A stretch of DNA of 64,000 nucleotides from Alphaproteobacteria bacterium (GCA_050175015.1 JBFXJJ010000004.1:1-64000); one strand, 5' to 3'; shown: positions 19,003-29,355, counted from the stretch's first letter. Made by a program: numbers and translations. The notes: a model not told the origin generated them from the letters alone.

Positions 19003-20025
19003 TTAAAATATTCCGTGCAATCTTGTTTTACATTTTAGGCACTTAGCATCGGCATCAAGATTAATTTTTTCAATATTATAACCATCTCGCTCAATTAGCA
19101 ATGCTCCACAATTATGGCAGAAAGTAGAAGAATATTCTTTGCTTCTAATGTTTCCTGTGTAGACATAATATAATCCATTCTTCAGCGCAATATCTCTTGC
19201 TTTAACTAGCGTTTCCAGTGATGTCGGTGCTTCCTTTAAAAAGCGATGGGCTGGGTGATATGCTGTGAAATGAAGCGGGATATTTTTACCTAAATTTTTT
19301 ATAATCCAATTCGTCATAGCGTCAATTTCTTCATCACTATCGTTCTGATTCGGAATCAAAAGAGTTGTAATTTCCAAATGACATTTGGTTTCTTTAGCAA
19401 TATACACTAAAGTTTCAAGAACTGGATTAAGACTGGCAGCACAAAATTTGTGATAAAATTTATCAGAAAACGCTTTTAAGTCGACATTAGCTGCGTCCAT
19501 TTTGGAAAAAAAATCTTCTCTCGCCTGTTTTTCTGCAAAACCAGCACTTACCGCAACATTTTTTATCCCTAATTTGCAGCATTCTTTGGCAATATCAAGA
19601 GCATATTCCAAAAAAATCAGAGGTTCGTTATAGGTATAGGCAACACTTGGACAACCAAGCTCTTTTGCCTTGGCAGCAATGGCACAAGGTGAGGCTGTCT
19701 GGTTTAATCTATCTACGTTTTTTACATGTGATATACTTGAGTTCTGGCAGAATTTACAAGCCAAGTTACAGCCCGCCGTCCCCAAAGAAAATACCGTAGT
19801 CCCCGGCAAAAAATGATTAAGCGGCTTTTTTTCTATCGGGTCTATCGCAAACCCTGAAGATCTGCCATAAGTGTCAAGAACGAATTGGCCTTTATGATTG
19901 ATTCTTACAAAACAAAAACCTCGCTGCCCGTCTCTAATTTTACAATGTCTTGGACAAAGATGGCATTCTATTGTGTCATCCTTTAGTTGTATTCCATATT
20001 TTGCAGAATAATGAATATTATCCAT
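19003..20025 (-). CDS. amrS: AmmeMemoRadiSam system radical SAM enzyme
   Basis: N-terminal CHLCPRHC...GFCFVR, IDPIEKKPLNHF, radical SAM CNLACKFC, YTYNEP and C-terminal CxxC pairs. Confidence 0.92.
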   Translation of the reverse strand: MDNIHYSAKYGIQLKDDTIECHLCPRHCKIRDGQRGFCFVRINHKGQFVLDTYGRSSGFAIDPIEKKPLNHFLPGTTVFSLGTAGCNLACKFCQNSSISHVKNVDRLNQTASPCAIAAKAKELGCPSVAYTYNEPLIFLEYALDIAKECCKLGIKNVAVSAGFAEKQAREDFFSKMDAANVDLKAFSDKFYHKFCAASLNPVLETLVYIAKETKCHLEITTLLIPNQNDSDEEIDAMTNWIIKNLGKNIPLHFTAYHPAHRFLKEAPTSLETLVKARDIALKNGLYYVYTGNIRSKEYSSTFCHNCGALLIERDGYNIEKINLDADAKCLKCKTRLHGIF

Positions 20026-20108
20026 AATATACTAAAACCTTTTTCAAAAGATTTTTTTTTATAATATAATACAATTAATAAAAGTAATTATAATTAAAAG
20101 GACGTTAA

Positions 20109-20903
20109 ATGAAAATAAGAAAAGAAGCTGTGGCTGGAGCTTTTTATCCCTACGGCCCAACTGAATTAGATGCTCTTCTTGAAGCTCTTCTTTACCAAAA
20201 AGAACTTCCTGATATTCCGCCGCCTAAAGCCGTTATTGTTCCTCATGCCGGCTATGTTTTTTCTGGGCAGACCGCAGCCGTTGCTTATCGCAGACTTTCT
20301 TCGTCTGACAGCATCACAAAGCGGGTTGTTATATTTGGTCCTTGCCATAGAGTCCCATTCAACGGACTCGCTTTATCAAGTGCCGATAAATGGGAAACGC
20401 CCATCGGCGAAATTAATGTTGATACCAAAACTTGCCAAGAATTGAACGAACTCGAGTTCGTAAATTATAACGATGATGCTCATAATGAAGAACATTCTAT
20501 TGAAGCTCAGATTCCTTTTATAAAAAAGGTTTTCAATAATGTCGAAATTGTTCCGATTCTAACTTGTATGACGAGTTTAAAAGAAGCTGTAGCCGTTATG
20601 GAAAAAGTCTGGGGCGATGAAGAAACCCTTATTATTATAAGCGCTGATTTATCCCATTTTTTAGATTATGATGCCTGCAAACAAAAAGATGCCGAAACAG
20701 TAAAAGCAATTGAAAATCTTGATTACAGCGACCTTGATAATGATAACACTTGCGGATTTATACCGATATGCGCCTTAATTGATATTGCGAGAAGAAAGAA
20801 AATGAAAGTTGAGACTTTCGATGTTAGAAATTCTGGAGATACAGCAGGCAAAAAAGACAGCGTGGTAGGTTATGCTTCTATAGGTTTCTGGGAAATTATA
20901 TAA
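20109..20903 (+). CDS. amrB: AmmeMemoRadiSam system protein B (MEMO1 family)
   Basis: AVAGAFYP, PHAGYVFSG, GPCH, EHSIE, SADLSH and NSGD...VVGY motifs. Confidence 0.93.
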   Translation: MKIRKEAVAGAFYPYGPTELDALLEALLYQKELPDIPPPKAVIVPHAGYVFSGQTAAVAYRRLSSSDSITKRVVIFGPCHRVPFNGLALSSADKWETPIGEINVDTKTCQELNELEFVNYNDDAHNEEHSIEAQIPFIKKVFNNVEIVPILTCMTSLKEAVAVMEKVWGDEETLIIISADLSHFLDYDACKQKDAETVKAIENLDYSDLDNDNTCGFIPICALIDIARRKKMKVETFDVRNSGDTAGKKDSVVGYASIGFWEII

Positions 20904-20904
20904 A

Positions 20905-21498
20905 ATGTCAGCTGATATTGAATTAAAATATCAAGAACTTGCCAAACAATACAACCGCTTTATTATCGATTTGGCTAGAAAATCGATTGATTACAGTTTA
21001 GAAAAAGGGGGGGCTTTTCGAGCTGATTTAAAAAATATGCCTCCAGAACTTCAAGAAAAAGGATCTTGTTTTGTAACTTTAGAACAAGACAATAATTTAA
21101 GAGGCTGTATTGGCAGCATTATAGCTTATCGACCTTTAGCAGAAGATATTGTTGATAACGCTTATGCTGCGGCTTTTCGTGACACAAGATTTTCTAAAAT
21201 AACAAAAAATGAGTTTCAAAACACTGAATTAAGTGTATCTTTGCTAACGCCTTTTCAAGAAATGACCTTTAGTGATGAAGATGACTTGCTTGAGCAATTA
21301 AGACCAGGCATTGACGGGGTTATTATTGAAGATATGGGACGTCGTGCCGTCTTTTTGCCCGTTGTTTGGGAATATTTTGATAAAAAAGAAGATTTTATGA
21401 TGCATTTAAAAGTTAAAGCTGGGCTTTCTGCTAAACATTTTTCAAATAGCTTTAGAGCAAGCCGTTTTCTTTCGGTATGTGTCAAACAGGAACACTAA
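20905..21498 (+). CDS. amrA: AmmeMemoRadiSam system protein A (AMMECR1 family)
   Basis: FVTL...LRGCIG, AAFRDTRF, FLPVVW and LKVKAG motifs. Confidence 0.93.
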   Translation: MSADIELKYQELAKQYNRFIIDLARKSIDYSLEKGGAFRADLKNMPPELQEKGSCFVTLEQDNNLRGCIGSIIAYRPLAEDIVDNAYAAAFRDTRFSKITKNEFQNTELSVSLLTPFQEMTFSDEDDLLEQLRPGIDGVIIEDMGRRAVFLPVVWEYFDKKEDFMMHLKVKAGLSAKHFSNSFRASRFLSVCVKQEH

Positions 21499-21501
21499 TT
21501 A

Positions 21502-22425
21502 ATGAATAATAATATAAAACAAGCTGTTTCTCTTTTAAATGAAGGAAAATTGGTCGCATTTCCCACAGAGACCGTTTATGGACTAGGCGCCGATGCCGAA
21601 AATGATTTAGCCGTGGCATCCATTTTTGAGGCTAAAGGCAGACCGTCTTTCAACCCTTTAATTGTACACGTTTCAGATATTGAAATGGCTGAAAAATATG
21701 CCTTATTTAACGATAATGCCAGACTTGCATATTCAAAGTTCTGTCCTGGAGCTTTTACAATGGTTTTACCAAGAAATAAGTCTTCTAAATTATCATATTT
21801 AGTTACTGCGGGCCTCGATACCGTTGCTATAAGGATACCTAAGCACCCTTTGATTCAAGACATTCTAAAAAGCTTTAAAAAAGGAATAGCAGCCCCATCG
21901 GCAAACGCCTCGGGGACAGTAAGCCCAACAACCGCAGAACACGTTTTTTCATCGCTTGGAAGCAGAGTTGATTTAATTCTAGATGGTGGCAGCTGTGAAG
22001 TAGGTTTAGAATCAACGATTGTTGATTTTTCGGAAGAAAGGCCAGCTATCCTAAGACACGGTTTTGTTACTAAAGAGGATTTAGAACAAGTTTTTTCTAC
22101 GGTTGATATTAATGATAAAATAACTAAAAACCCTAAAGCTCCAGGTATGCTTGCCAGCCATTACGCACCATCCCTTAAACTGCGTATAAATGTTGAAACT
22201 CCCGATAAAGGAGAAGCCTTTTTAGGCTTTGGTGATGTAGTGTGCGATGCTAATTTAAGTGAAAAATCAGATTTAAGAGAAGCCGCGTCTAACTTATTTG
22301 CTTATATTAGAATGCTTGATGATAATAATAAGTATTCTGGAATAGCTGTTGCCCCAATTCCAGAGTATGGCTTAGGTCTTGCCATTAACGATCGGTTAAA
22401 AAGAGCAGCCGCTCCCAAAAACTAA
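21502..22425 (+). CDS. sua5: Threonylcarbamoyl-AMP synthase (Sua5-type, YrdC + SUA5 domains)
   Basis: AFPTETVYGLGADA, KGRPSFNPLIVH, APSAN, APGMLASHYAP and AINDRLKRAA motifs. Confidence 0.94.
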   Translation: MNNNIKQAVSLLNEGKLVAFPTETVYGLGADAENDLAVASIFEAKGRPSFNPLIVHVSDIEMAEKYALFNDNARLAYSKFCPGAFTMVLPRNKSSKLSYLVTAGLDTVAIRIPKHPLIQDILKSFKKGIAAPSANASGTVSPTTAEHVFSSLGSRVDLILDGGSCEVGLESTIVDFSEERPAILRHGFVTKEDLEQVFSTVDINDKITKNPKAPGMLASHYAPSLKLRINVETPDKGEAFLGFGDVVCDANLSEKSDLREAASNLFAYIRMLDDNNKYSGIAVAPIPEYGLGLAINDRLKRAAAPKN

Positions 22426-22709
22426 TCATAATAATAATACTAAAAAAACAAAATCTTTGTTTAATATTACGATATCTCTTCATTTGTGGTCTTATTTTTT
22501 TCCAAAAATTTGGAACATTTTTTCACTTAACTATATCTAAAACAAAAACAATCCAGTTATACCTAGTTGCAAAAACCTCTAGCAAAACCGCTTAAGCTGA
22601 TACAAAAACCAATGCTAAAAATTGCCTGTTCAAAGCATTCTTTGCTGATTTTCATACTTAATTTTATTTCGATATAAATATAATAAAATTACTTACAACC
22701 AACATAAAA

Positions 22710-22738
22710 ATTAAGCCCGCTTTTTAAGCAGGCTTAAT
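22710..22738. terminator. Intrinsic terminator downstream of pepN
   Basis: ATTAAGCCCGCTT / AAGCAGGCTTAAT stem, preceded by an A run. Confidence 0.7.
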
Positions 22739-22772
22739 CAATTTCAGTTTGTGTAGCTTCTTAAAACTATCT

Positions 22773-25604
22773 TTATCTTTCAAAACTTTTCTTTGCAAGC
22801 TTTAAGTTAAATGCACTTTTAGCCTTAGCCGCAGTGTTTTTCTTAATTACAGCTTTTGAACCGCTTTGAAAGGTTTTAACGCTGTCTTTACTGAAAAAAC
22901 TGCTGGCTCTCTTTTTGGTTTCGGCAGATTTGTCATCTTCCATAGCAAGAGATTTGGCAACAACTTCATAAGTGTTGCTTGAGAGCCCTTCTGTGTCCAT
23001 AACTTTGCGCAGCTCTTTTTTCATAAGCTCTTGACGACCCTCGTCAAACTGTTTCCAATTTCCTAACGGTTTCAAAAGATTCGCTGCAATCTGAGGATTG
23101 ATAACATCATATTTCTTAACAAAATCTGCTAAAAATTCATAACCAGAACCATCTGCGGCGTGGAACTGAGTTTGATTGCTTGTAAACGCTCCCACTAAAG
23201 ATCTTACCTTATTAGGATTCTTAATATCAAAAGCTTCGTGATCCAAAAGCTTCTTAACATTATCTAAGCAATCACTTTGAGGTGCGGTTGCCTGCAATCT
23301 AAACCATTTATCAACCACCAAGCCTTCTTTTTTAAAATCTTGATAGAAATCATTCATAACTTCATCACGTTTATCAAGAGAACTATGAGCAATAATTCCG
23401 ATTGCTGTCCCTTTATCCGTCATATTGTCTGACTGATAATATTGTTCTACCAGCATCTTATTGACAGACACGTCATCTAATTTAGCTAAATAACGTAAAG
23501 CGGTGTTTTTTATAGCTCTTTGCCCCATATCTTCTGGTTCTGGAGAATAAGCACCTTTTACGTCATTATCTTTATATGCTTCAAAAAACTTATCTTTAAG
23601 CTCAGAAGCAATCGATGTTGTCATAACCTGACGAGCTTTGCTGATAGCATCAGGATTTACAACTTCACTGTTGTCGGCAATAAATTTTTCAGTAGGAAGT
23701 TCAAACATCTTAGCAACGAATGACTTATCAAGAGACTTATCACTTAATAGTTCTCCCAATGTTGTAACAAGCTGCTTATCAACCTCAGGCTTTTTGCCTT
23801 GCTCAATATCAGACGTCATTTGCAGCATATTGCTTAAAGCGTATTTTTGGCAAATATCCCAACGATTAAAGAGATCTTTATCATTTTTAATCAAATGAAT
23901 TTTCTCATCATTAGTATAAGCGATGTCGGTATTAATAGGAGATGTAAAACCTCTGTTAATAGAAATCACAGGCTTTTCATTCACATCTTTGAACACAAAT
24001 TTTTGAGTGTCATTTTCTAAAACAACGACATTAGGATTATTGGGATCAACCTTATAATTTTCTGGCTTTAGCGGAATATCATTGCCTTTAGCATCAACTA
24101 ATCCCATTTCCAAAGGAATAACAAATGGTTTCTTTATTGGCTGCCCTGGGGTTGGTTTTGTTTTTTGTGACAAAGTCAACTCATAGGTTTTGGTTTCAGG
24201 ATTATAGACTCCTTCGGCTTTCACCGTTGGCGTTCCAGCTTGCGTATACCATCTATCTTTAAATTTCTTTAAATCCTTACCGCTAGATTCTTCCAAAGCT
24301 TTAACAAAGTCATCACAAGTAACAGCTTTGCCTTCATTTTTGTTAAAGTAATGAATAGCTGCTTTCCGAAAAGCTTCCGTTCCCAAGATTTTTTCCTGCA
24401 TTCGGATAACTTCAGCGCCTTTGTTATAAACCGTTCCTGTGTACACATTTCTAACTGAAATATAAGAATCTGGTCTTACAGGGTGAGCCATAGGTCCTGC
24501 ATCTTCAACAAACTGCCCTGCTCTAAGCTCTTGGACATCATTTATACGTTTGATAACATCGGAACGCATATCTGATGAAAATTCTTGATCACGATAAACC
24601 GTAAAACCTTCTTTTAAAGTTAAATCAAACCACGTTGCAAGCGTTACTAGATTGCCGCTCCAATGATGGAAAAATTCGTGTCCGATAACGCCTTCAATAT
24701 CTTCATAATCGCTATCTGTTGCCGTTCTAGGATTTGCTAAAACATATTTATCATTAAAGATATTTAAGCTGGTGTTTTCACAAGCCCCTGAATTAAAATT
24801 GCTAACAGCAACTATCTTGAAATTGTTAAGATTGTATTCTCTATCAAAATTTTCTTCGTCCCATTTCATAGCTTTTTTAATTGAAGCCAAGGCGAAATCG
24901 GCTTTATCAGCTTTACCTTTTTCCACAAAAACGAAAACGTCAACGTCATTACCTGATTTAGTTGTGAACTTATCAGAAACCTGATCTAAGTCGCCAGCAA
25001 CTAGAGCAAAAAGATATGATGGTTTAGGGTGCGGATCGTGCCACTTTACAAAATGACGTCCGTCTTTAGTTTCGCCTTCATCAACCTTGTTACCATTGGA
25101 CAATAAAACTGGAAGCTTCTCCTTATCCGCAATAATCGTTGTGGTATATTTTGCCATAACATCGGGACGATCAGGAAAGAAGGTTATTCTTCTAAAACCT
25201 TCGGTTTCACACTTAGTACAAAGCACACCATTCGATTCATAAAGCCCTTGAAGCTTCATATTTTCCTTTGGTTTTAAGTCTGTTATGACTTCCAAAGTAA
25301 ATTTATCAGGAACATTTGTTAGAGTAATGCCTGTTTCATCAATTTTATATTCGCCTTCTTTCAGCTTTTTGCCATTAATTGCGATAGAAGACAAATTAAG
25401 CTCATCGCCATCAAGAAAAACGGTATTGTCAGAGGCTGCTTTATCAGGGCTAGCTCTAAATTCCATAACAGCACGGCATTTAGTAATATCTTCACCGACA
25501 TCAAAAGTTAAATCGAGATCATCAACAAGATAGTCTGGTTTTTTATAATCTTTACGATATACTGTTTTAGGGGTTTTTTTAATAGCTGTCTGATTATCTT
25601 TCAT
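22773..25604 (-). CDS. pepN: Aminopeptidase N (M1) with a Lys-rich C-terminal extension
   Basis: YRKDY, CETEGFRRITFFPDRPD, GACEN (GAMEN variant), HEFFH...LKEG and YNKGAEV motifs; C-terminal NPNKVRSL domain; about 56 extra C-terminal residues. Confidence 0.93.
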   Translation of the reverse strand: MKDNQTAIKKTPKTVYRKDYKKPDYLVDDLDLTFDVGEDITKCRAVMEFRASPDKAASDNTVFLDGDELNLSSIAINGKKLKEGEYKIDETGITLTNVPDKFTLEVITDLKPKENMKLQGLYESNGVLCTKCETEGFRRITFFPDRPDVMAKYTTTIIADKEKLPVLLSNGNKVDEGETKDGRHFVKWHDPHPKPSYLFALVAGDLDQVSDKFTTKSGNDVDVFVFVEKGKADKADFALASIKKAMKWDEENFDREYNLNNFKIVAVSNFNSGACENTSLNIFNDKYVLANPRTATDSDYEDIEGVIGHEFFHHWSGNLVTLATWFDLTLKEGFTVYRDQEFSSDMRSDVIKRINDVQELRAGQFVEDAGPMAHPVRPDSYISVRNVYTGTVYNKGAEVIRMQEKILGTEAFRKAAIHYFNKNEGKAVTCDDFVKALEESSGKDLKKFKDRWYTQAGTPTVKAEGVYNPETKTYELTLSQKTKPTPGQPIKKPFVIPLEMGLVDAKGNDIPLKPENYKVDPNNPNVVVLENDTQKFVFKDVNEKPVISINRGFTSPINTDIAYTNDEKIHLIKNDKDLFNRWDICQKYALSNMLQMTSDIEQGKKPEVDKQLVTTLGELLSDKSLDKSFVAKMFELPTEKFIADNSEVVNPDAISKARQVMTTSIASELKDKFFEAYKDNDVKGAYSPEPEDMGQRAIKNTALRYLAKLDDVSVNKMLVEQYYQSDNMTDKGTAIGIIAHSSLDKRDEVMNDFYQDFKKEGLVVDKWFRLQATAPQSDCLDNVKKLLDHEAFDIKNPNKVRSLVGAFTSNQTQFHAADGSGYEFLADFVKKYDVINPQIAANLLKPLGNWKQFDEGRQELMKKELRKVMDTEGLSSNTYEVVAKSLAMEDDKSAETKKRASSFFSKDSVKTFQSGSKAVIKKNTAAKAKSAFNLKLAKKSFER

Positions 25605-25712
25605 TAGAACCTCATTTTTTGCAAAATTTTGTCTAGTATGTTATACCTGTAAGATATTTTTTTCAAGTTTATAATGCTAATTTATTTAAAAAAATGTAAG
25701 GAGAAAGTCTAA

Positions 25713-26870
25713 ATGCTTAATTTCGAATTCCATAATCCAACTAAAATAGTTTTTGGCAAAAAAACTATTTCTAAGTTGCCAAAACTTATTCCAGCTGGGG
25801 CTAAAGTTATGATTGTATATGGTGGCGGCTCTATTAAAAAAAATGGCATTTATGAACAAGTAACAGCAGCTTTAAAAGATTATGATTTCATTGAATTTGG
25901 CGGAATTGAGCCTAATCCTGAATATGAAACCTGCTTAAAAGCCATAAATCTTGCCAAAGAAAATAATATAAGCTTTCTTTTGGCTGTTGGCGGCGGCTCC
26001 GTTATTGATGCAACAAAATTCATTGCTTCAGGCTTTTTCTTCGAAGATGGAGAACCTTGGGACATTATAGCTAAAGCATCTCCATTAGAAAAAGCTCTTC
26101 CACTTGGCTGCGTTTTAACCCTCCCAGCGACGGGTTCTGAAATGAATCGCAATTCTGTTATATCAAGAAGAGCTAAGAATGAAAAAATGGCTTTCCGCAA
26201 TGATATATCTTTTCCTAAATTCTCTATTCTTGACCCTGAAGCAACCTTCTCTCTTCCTGAAACTCAGACTGTAAATGGTATTGTTGACGCTTTCATTCAC
26301 GTGGTAGAACAATATATTACATATGACGTTAACTCTCCTCTTCAAGACAGGCAAGCTGAAGCAGTTTTAGCAACTCTCATTGAAGAAGCTCCCAAAGTTA
26401 TTAACAACCCCAAAGATTATGATGCGAGAGCAAATATTATGTGGTGCGCCACAACTGCCCTTAATCATAGCCTTGCTTGCGGTAACGTTGGCGATTGGGC
26501 AACTCACGGCATAGGACACGGACTTACCATAACTTTTGGATTAGACCATGGAAAAGCGCTGGCTGTTATTCTCCCTTCTTTGTGGCGTTATCAGTTTGAA
26601 TGCAAAAAGCAGAAACTCGCTCAAATGGGGCGCCGTGTTTACGGCATAACTTCAAGCGATGACGAGTATACTGCAAGAGAAACCATTAGAAAAACTGAAG
26701 AATTTTTTAATTCTATTGGAATGCCAACCAAGCTTAAACATTATGGCATTACTTTTGAACAATGTAAGCATATTCCCGAAACGTTTACTGAAAAGAAAAT
26801 CTTTTTAGGCGAAAAACAAAATCTTGGAGAAAAGGAAATTGCCGAAATTATTCAAGGTGCTATTGAATAA
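25713..26870 (+). CDS. Iron-containing alcohol/aldehyde dehydrogenase (YqhD/BdhA-like)
   Basis: NPTKIVFG, YGGGS, VGGGSVID, TLPATGSE and DAFIH...WATHGIGH...DHG motifs. Confidence 0.92.
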   Translation: MLNFEFHNPTKIVFGKKTISKLPKLIPAGAKVMIVYGGGSIKKNGIYEQVTAALKDYDFIEFGGIEPNPEYETCLKAINLAKENNISFLLAVGGGSVIDATKFIASGFFFEDGEPWDIIAKASPLEKALPLGCVLTLPATGSEMNRNSVISRRAKNEKMAFRNDISFPKFSILDPEATFSLPETQTVNGIVDAFIHVVEQYITYDVNSPLQDRQAEAVLATLIEEAPKVINNPKDYDARANIMWCATTALNHSLACGNVGDWATHGIGHGLTITFGLDHGKALAVILPSLWRYQFECKKQKLAQMGRRVYGITSSDDEYTARETIRKTEEFFNSIGMPTKLKHYGITFEQCKHIPETFTEKKIFLGEKQNLGEKEIAEIIQGAIE

Positions 26871-27005
26871 GCTCTTGTTTGCATTAGTTATTTCAAAAAC
26901 ATAATACTGCTTGTTATGAAATAAATTATATTCTAGTTATCTATTTTAAGAGCAAATTATCTTTAAAATGTTTTTTGAATAACTAGTTTTCCATATCTTA
27001 AATAT

Positions 27006-27045
27006 AAAAAAACCACCTTTTTCTAGTAACATAAGGTGGTTTTTT
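27006..27045. terminator. Bidirectional intrinsic terminator
   Basis: AAAAAACCACCTT / AAGGTGGTTTTTT inverted repeat between the convergent ADH and MIF genes. Confidence 0.75.
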
Positions 27046-27182
27046 AACTTATTCGTTTTACAATTTCTTAATTTTGGATAAATTCATATCCATAGTTTCT
27101 AAAGCAGTTCGAACATTTGTTTGGTTTAATATTTTCTAAATCAAAAAAGGATTAATAAAAAATCTAACTTAACATATAATAT

Positions 27183-27527
27183 TTAGAATGTTGAACTGTT
27201 CCAGCCCCAGAAAGAGCCCTTAGCATCAGCAAACTCAATGTAAATTCTGGCGGGATCGACATTAAATTCCTCTTTAACCAAACCGCAAATAGCCGCAGAT
27301 AATTTGCGGGTCTGAGATTCTGGAAGCCCAATGCTTTTCATTTCACAAAAAGCCAAAGGTTCATCACTACCCCCAAAAAGCATATCTGCCCCATTTTTAA
27401 CTAGAACCATAACATAGCTTTCTGGTTTTCCTGTTTCAGCCGCAATCAGCTTAGATGCCTTTCTGGCAATATCTTTTTTTTCATTTGTGGTTTTTTCTGT
27501 ATTGGTAATTATCTTTAAAAGTGGCAT
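27183..27527 (-). CDS. Macrophage migration inhibitory factor (MIF)-family tautomerase
   Basis: Start at ATG 27527 with SD GAGGAG gives the catalytic Pro1 (MPLLKIITN); GKPESYVMV, FGGSDEP, SIG, RIYIEF and WGWNSSTF match MIF. Confidence 0.9.
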   Translation of the reverse strand: MPLLKIITNTEKTTNEKKDIARKASKLIAAETGKPESYVMVLVKNGADMLFGGSDEPLAFCEMKSIGLPESQTRKLSAAICGLVKEEFNVDPARIYIEFADAKGSFWGWNSSTF

Positions 27528-27563
27528 AGTTAACTCCTCGTTCAAATTAAATAAGGTTACAAG

Positions 27564-27848
27564 ATGAAATTTTGTTTATTAGTTTTATGCCCAATTTTAA
27601 TGATTGCTTCCTGTAAGAGTCAAAATATTTTAGAAAAAAATTATCTTCTTCAGTCAGAAGCCGATAAATGGGCAAAAAAAGCTGACATCAAAGATTTATG
27701 CCGAGGACTAAAATCTTGGCGCAATGAAGAGATTAGAAATGCATCTATGCTAGAAATGCAAAAGCGCAACATAGATACAACATCTTGTTACGCTTTTGAA
27801 GGCTATGAACTATCAACGACCTTTAGTGATCCCAAAGATCTGCAATAG
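27564..27848 (+). CDS. Small hypothetical lipoprotein
   Basis: Hydrophobic N-terminus with IASC lipobox and one further Cys pair; AAGG upstream. Confidence 0.6.
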   Translation: MKFCLLVLCPILMIASCKSQNILEKNYLLQSEADKWAKKADIKDLCRGLKSWRNEEIRNASMLEMQKRNIDTTSCYAFEGYELSTTFSDPKDLQ

Positions 27849-27855
27849 TATCTAA

Positions 27856-29355
27856 TTATTTGGCTAAAGCCCAGTCAGGAACAACACCAAAGACAACGCC
27901 AAAAGCCGTACCTAACATTGTGTAAGCAACAACTACTGTTAAAACTAGAGCCAAAATGTTAATCAAGAACCCTGCTCTTACCATTTGAGGCACAGTAATC
28001 ATTCCACTGGCAAAGACAATCGCATTTGGCGGCGTTGCAACAGGCATCATAAACACACAACTTGCAGCTATAACCGTTGGAATGGCTAAAAGCATTGGGT
28101 TTTGACCTAAAACCAAGGCAATTCCAGCAACAAGAGGTAAAAAAGCGGCGGCAGTTGCCGTGTTGCTCGTTAAATGGCTAACTACCATAACAACTACAGA
28201 TATAATAGAAATAAGAGCAAACACCGGAACTTTATCTAATGAGGTCAAGGCTCCAGCTATCGCATCTGATAGACCTGAAGACGTAATAATATTTCCTAAG
28301 CTTAAGCCGCCTCCAACTAAAACAAGCACACCCCAAGGAATTTTTTTGGCGGTATCCCAATCCATAAGGTTAATCCCTTTGCCCATTCCCGATGGGGTTA
28401 AAAATAAAAGAAGAGCTGCGGCAATAGCAATTCCAGCATCAGAAATATTCATCTCAGGATACATTTTCTTAAGCTGCGAACTAAAAATCCACGTAACAGC
28501 TGTTAAAGTAAAAATAATGGCAACCCTTGCTTCACCATTAGACATTTTGCCCAAGCTCGCGATTTCTTTTTTAACGATGTTTTCTGCCCCAGAAAGATCA
28601 ATATTCTTCAAAGGAAAAGAAATCTGGGTTAAAAAGAACCACGTGATAAAAAGCATAATTATTGAAATTGGAAGCCCAATCATCATCCATTGTCCAAAAC
28701 CAATCTGGATATTATAATGCTGCGACATAAAACCTGCAAAAAGAGCATTTGGAGGAGTTCCAACTAAAGTTGCCAAACCGCCGATAGAAGCACTAAAAGC
28801 AATAGAAAGTAATAAAGCTATCGCAAAATTATTAGGCTTACCTTCATCTTTGCCATCATTAATTAACGAAATAACAGAAAGTGCGATTGGAAGCATCATT
28901 GTTGCCGTTGCAGTATTGCTTATCCACATCGAAAGAAACGCTGTAGCTGCCATAAAACCTGCCACTAATGCCGCAGGTCTTACCCCTGATAATTTAATAA
29001 TCGAAAGAGCTAATCTTTTGTGCAATCCCCATTTTTCCATCGCAACCGCAATAATAAAACCGCCCATAAAAAGATAAACGGTAGGCTCGGAATATGGCGC
29101 TGCCACGGTTTTAAGATTAGAAACGCCAAGCATCGGAGCCAAAACTAAAGGAACAAGTGCAGTCGCTGCAATAGGAATAGATTCAAACACCCACCATATA
29201 GCCATAAGTAAGCCAATAGCTGCGGCAACCCAAGCTTTATATGTTAAACCCTCTGGAGCTTTAAAAAACAGCATCACGCATAAAACGATAATACCAGCCC
29301 ACAGCCCAAAATACCTTCTTATTAGTTCTTTTTGAGTTTCATCTTTATTAGTCAT
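27856..29355 (-). CDS. DASS/SLC13 family sodium:dicarboxylate or sulfate symporter
   Basis: Two SNT motifs (SMWISNTAT, TSNTAT), GTPPN, PVATPPNA and many TM helices. Confidence 0.92.
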   Translation of the reverse strand: MTNKDETQKELIRRYFGLWAGIIVLCVMLFFKAPEGLTYKAWVAAAIGLLMAIWWVFESIPIAATALVPLVLAPMLGVSNLKTVAAPYSEPTVYLFMGGFIIAVAMEKWGLHKRLALSIIKLSGVRPAALVAGFMAATAFLSMWISNTATATMMLPIALSVISLINDGKDEGKPNNFAIALLLSIAFSASIGGLATLVGTPPNALFAGFMSQHYNIQIGFGQWMMIGLPISIIMLFITWFFLTQISFPLKNIDLSGAENIVKKEIASLGKMSNGEARVAIIFTLTAVTWIFSSQLKKMYPEMNISDAGIAIAAALLLFLTPSGMGKGINLMDWDTAKKIPWGVLVLVGGGLSLGNIITSSGLSDAIAGALTSLDKVPVFALISIISVVVMVVSHLTSNTATAAAFLPLVAGIALVLGQNPMLLAIPTVIAASCVFMMPVATPPNAIVFASGMITVPQMVRAGFLINILALVLTVVVAYTMLGTAFGVVFGVVPDWALAK

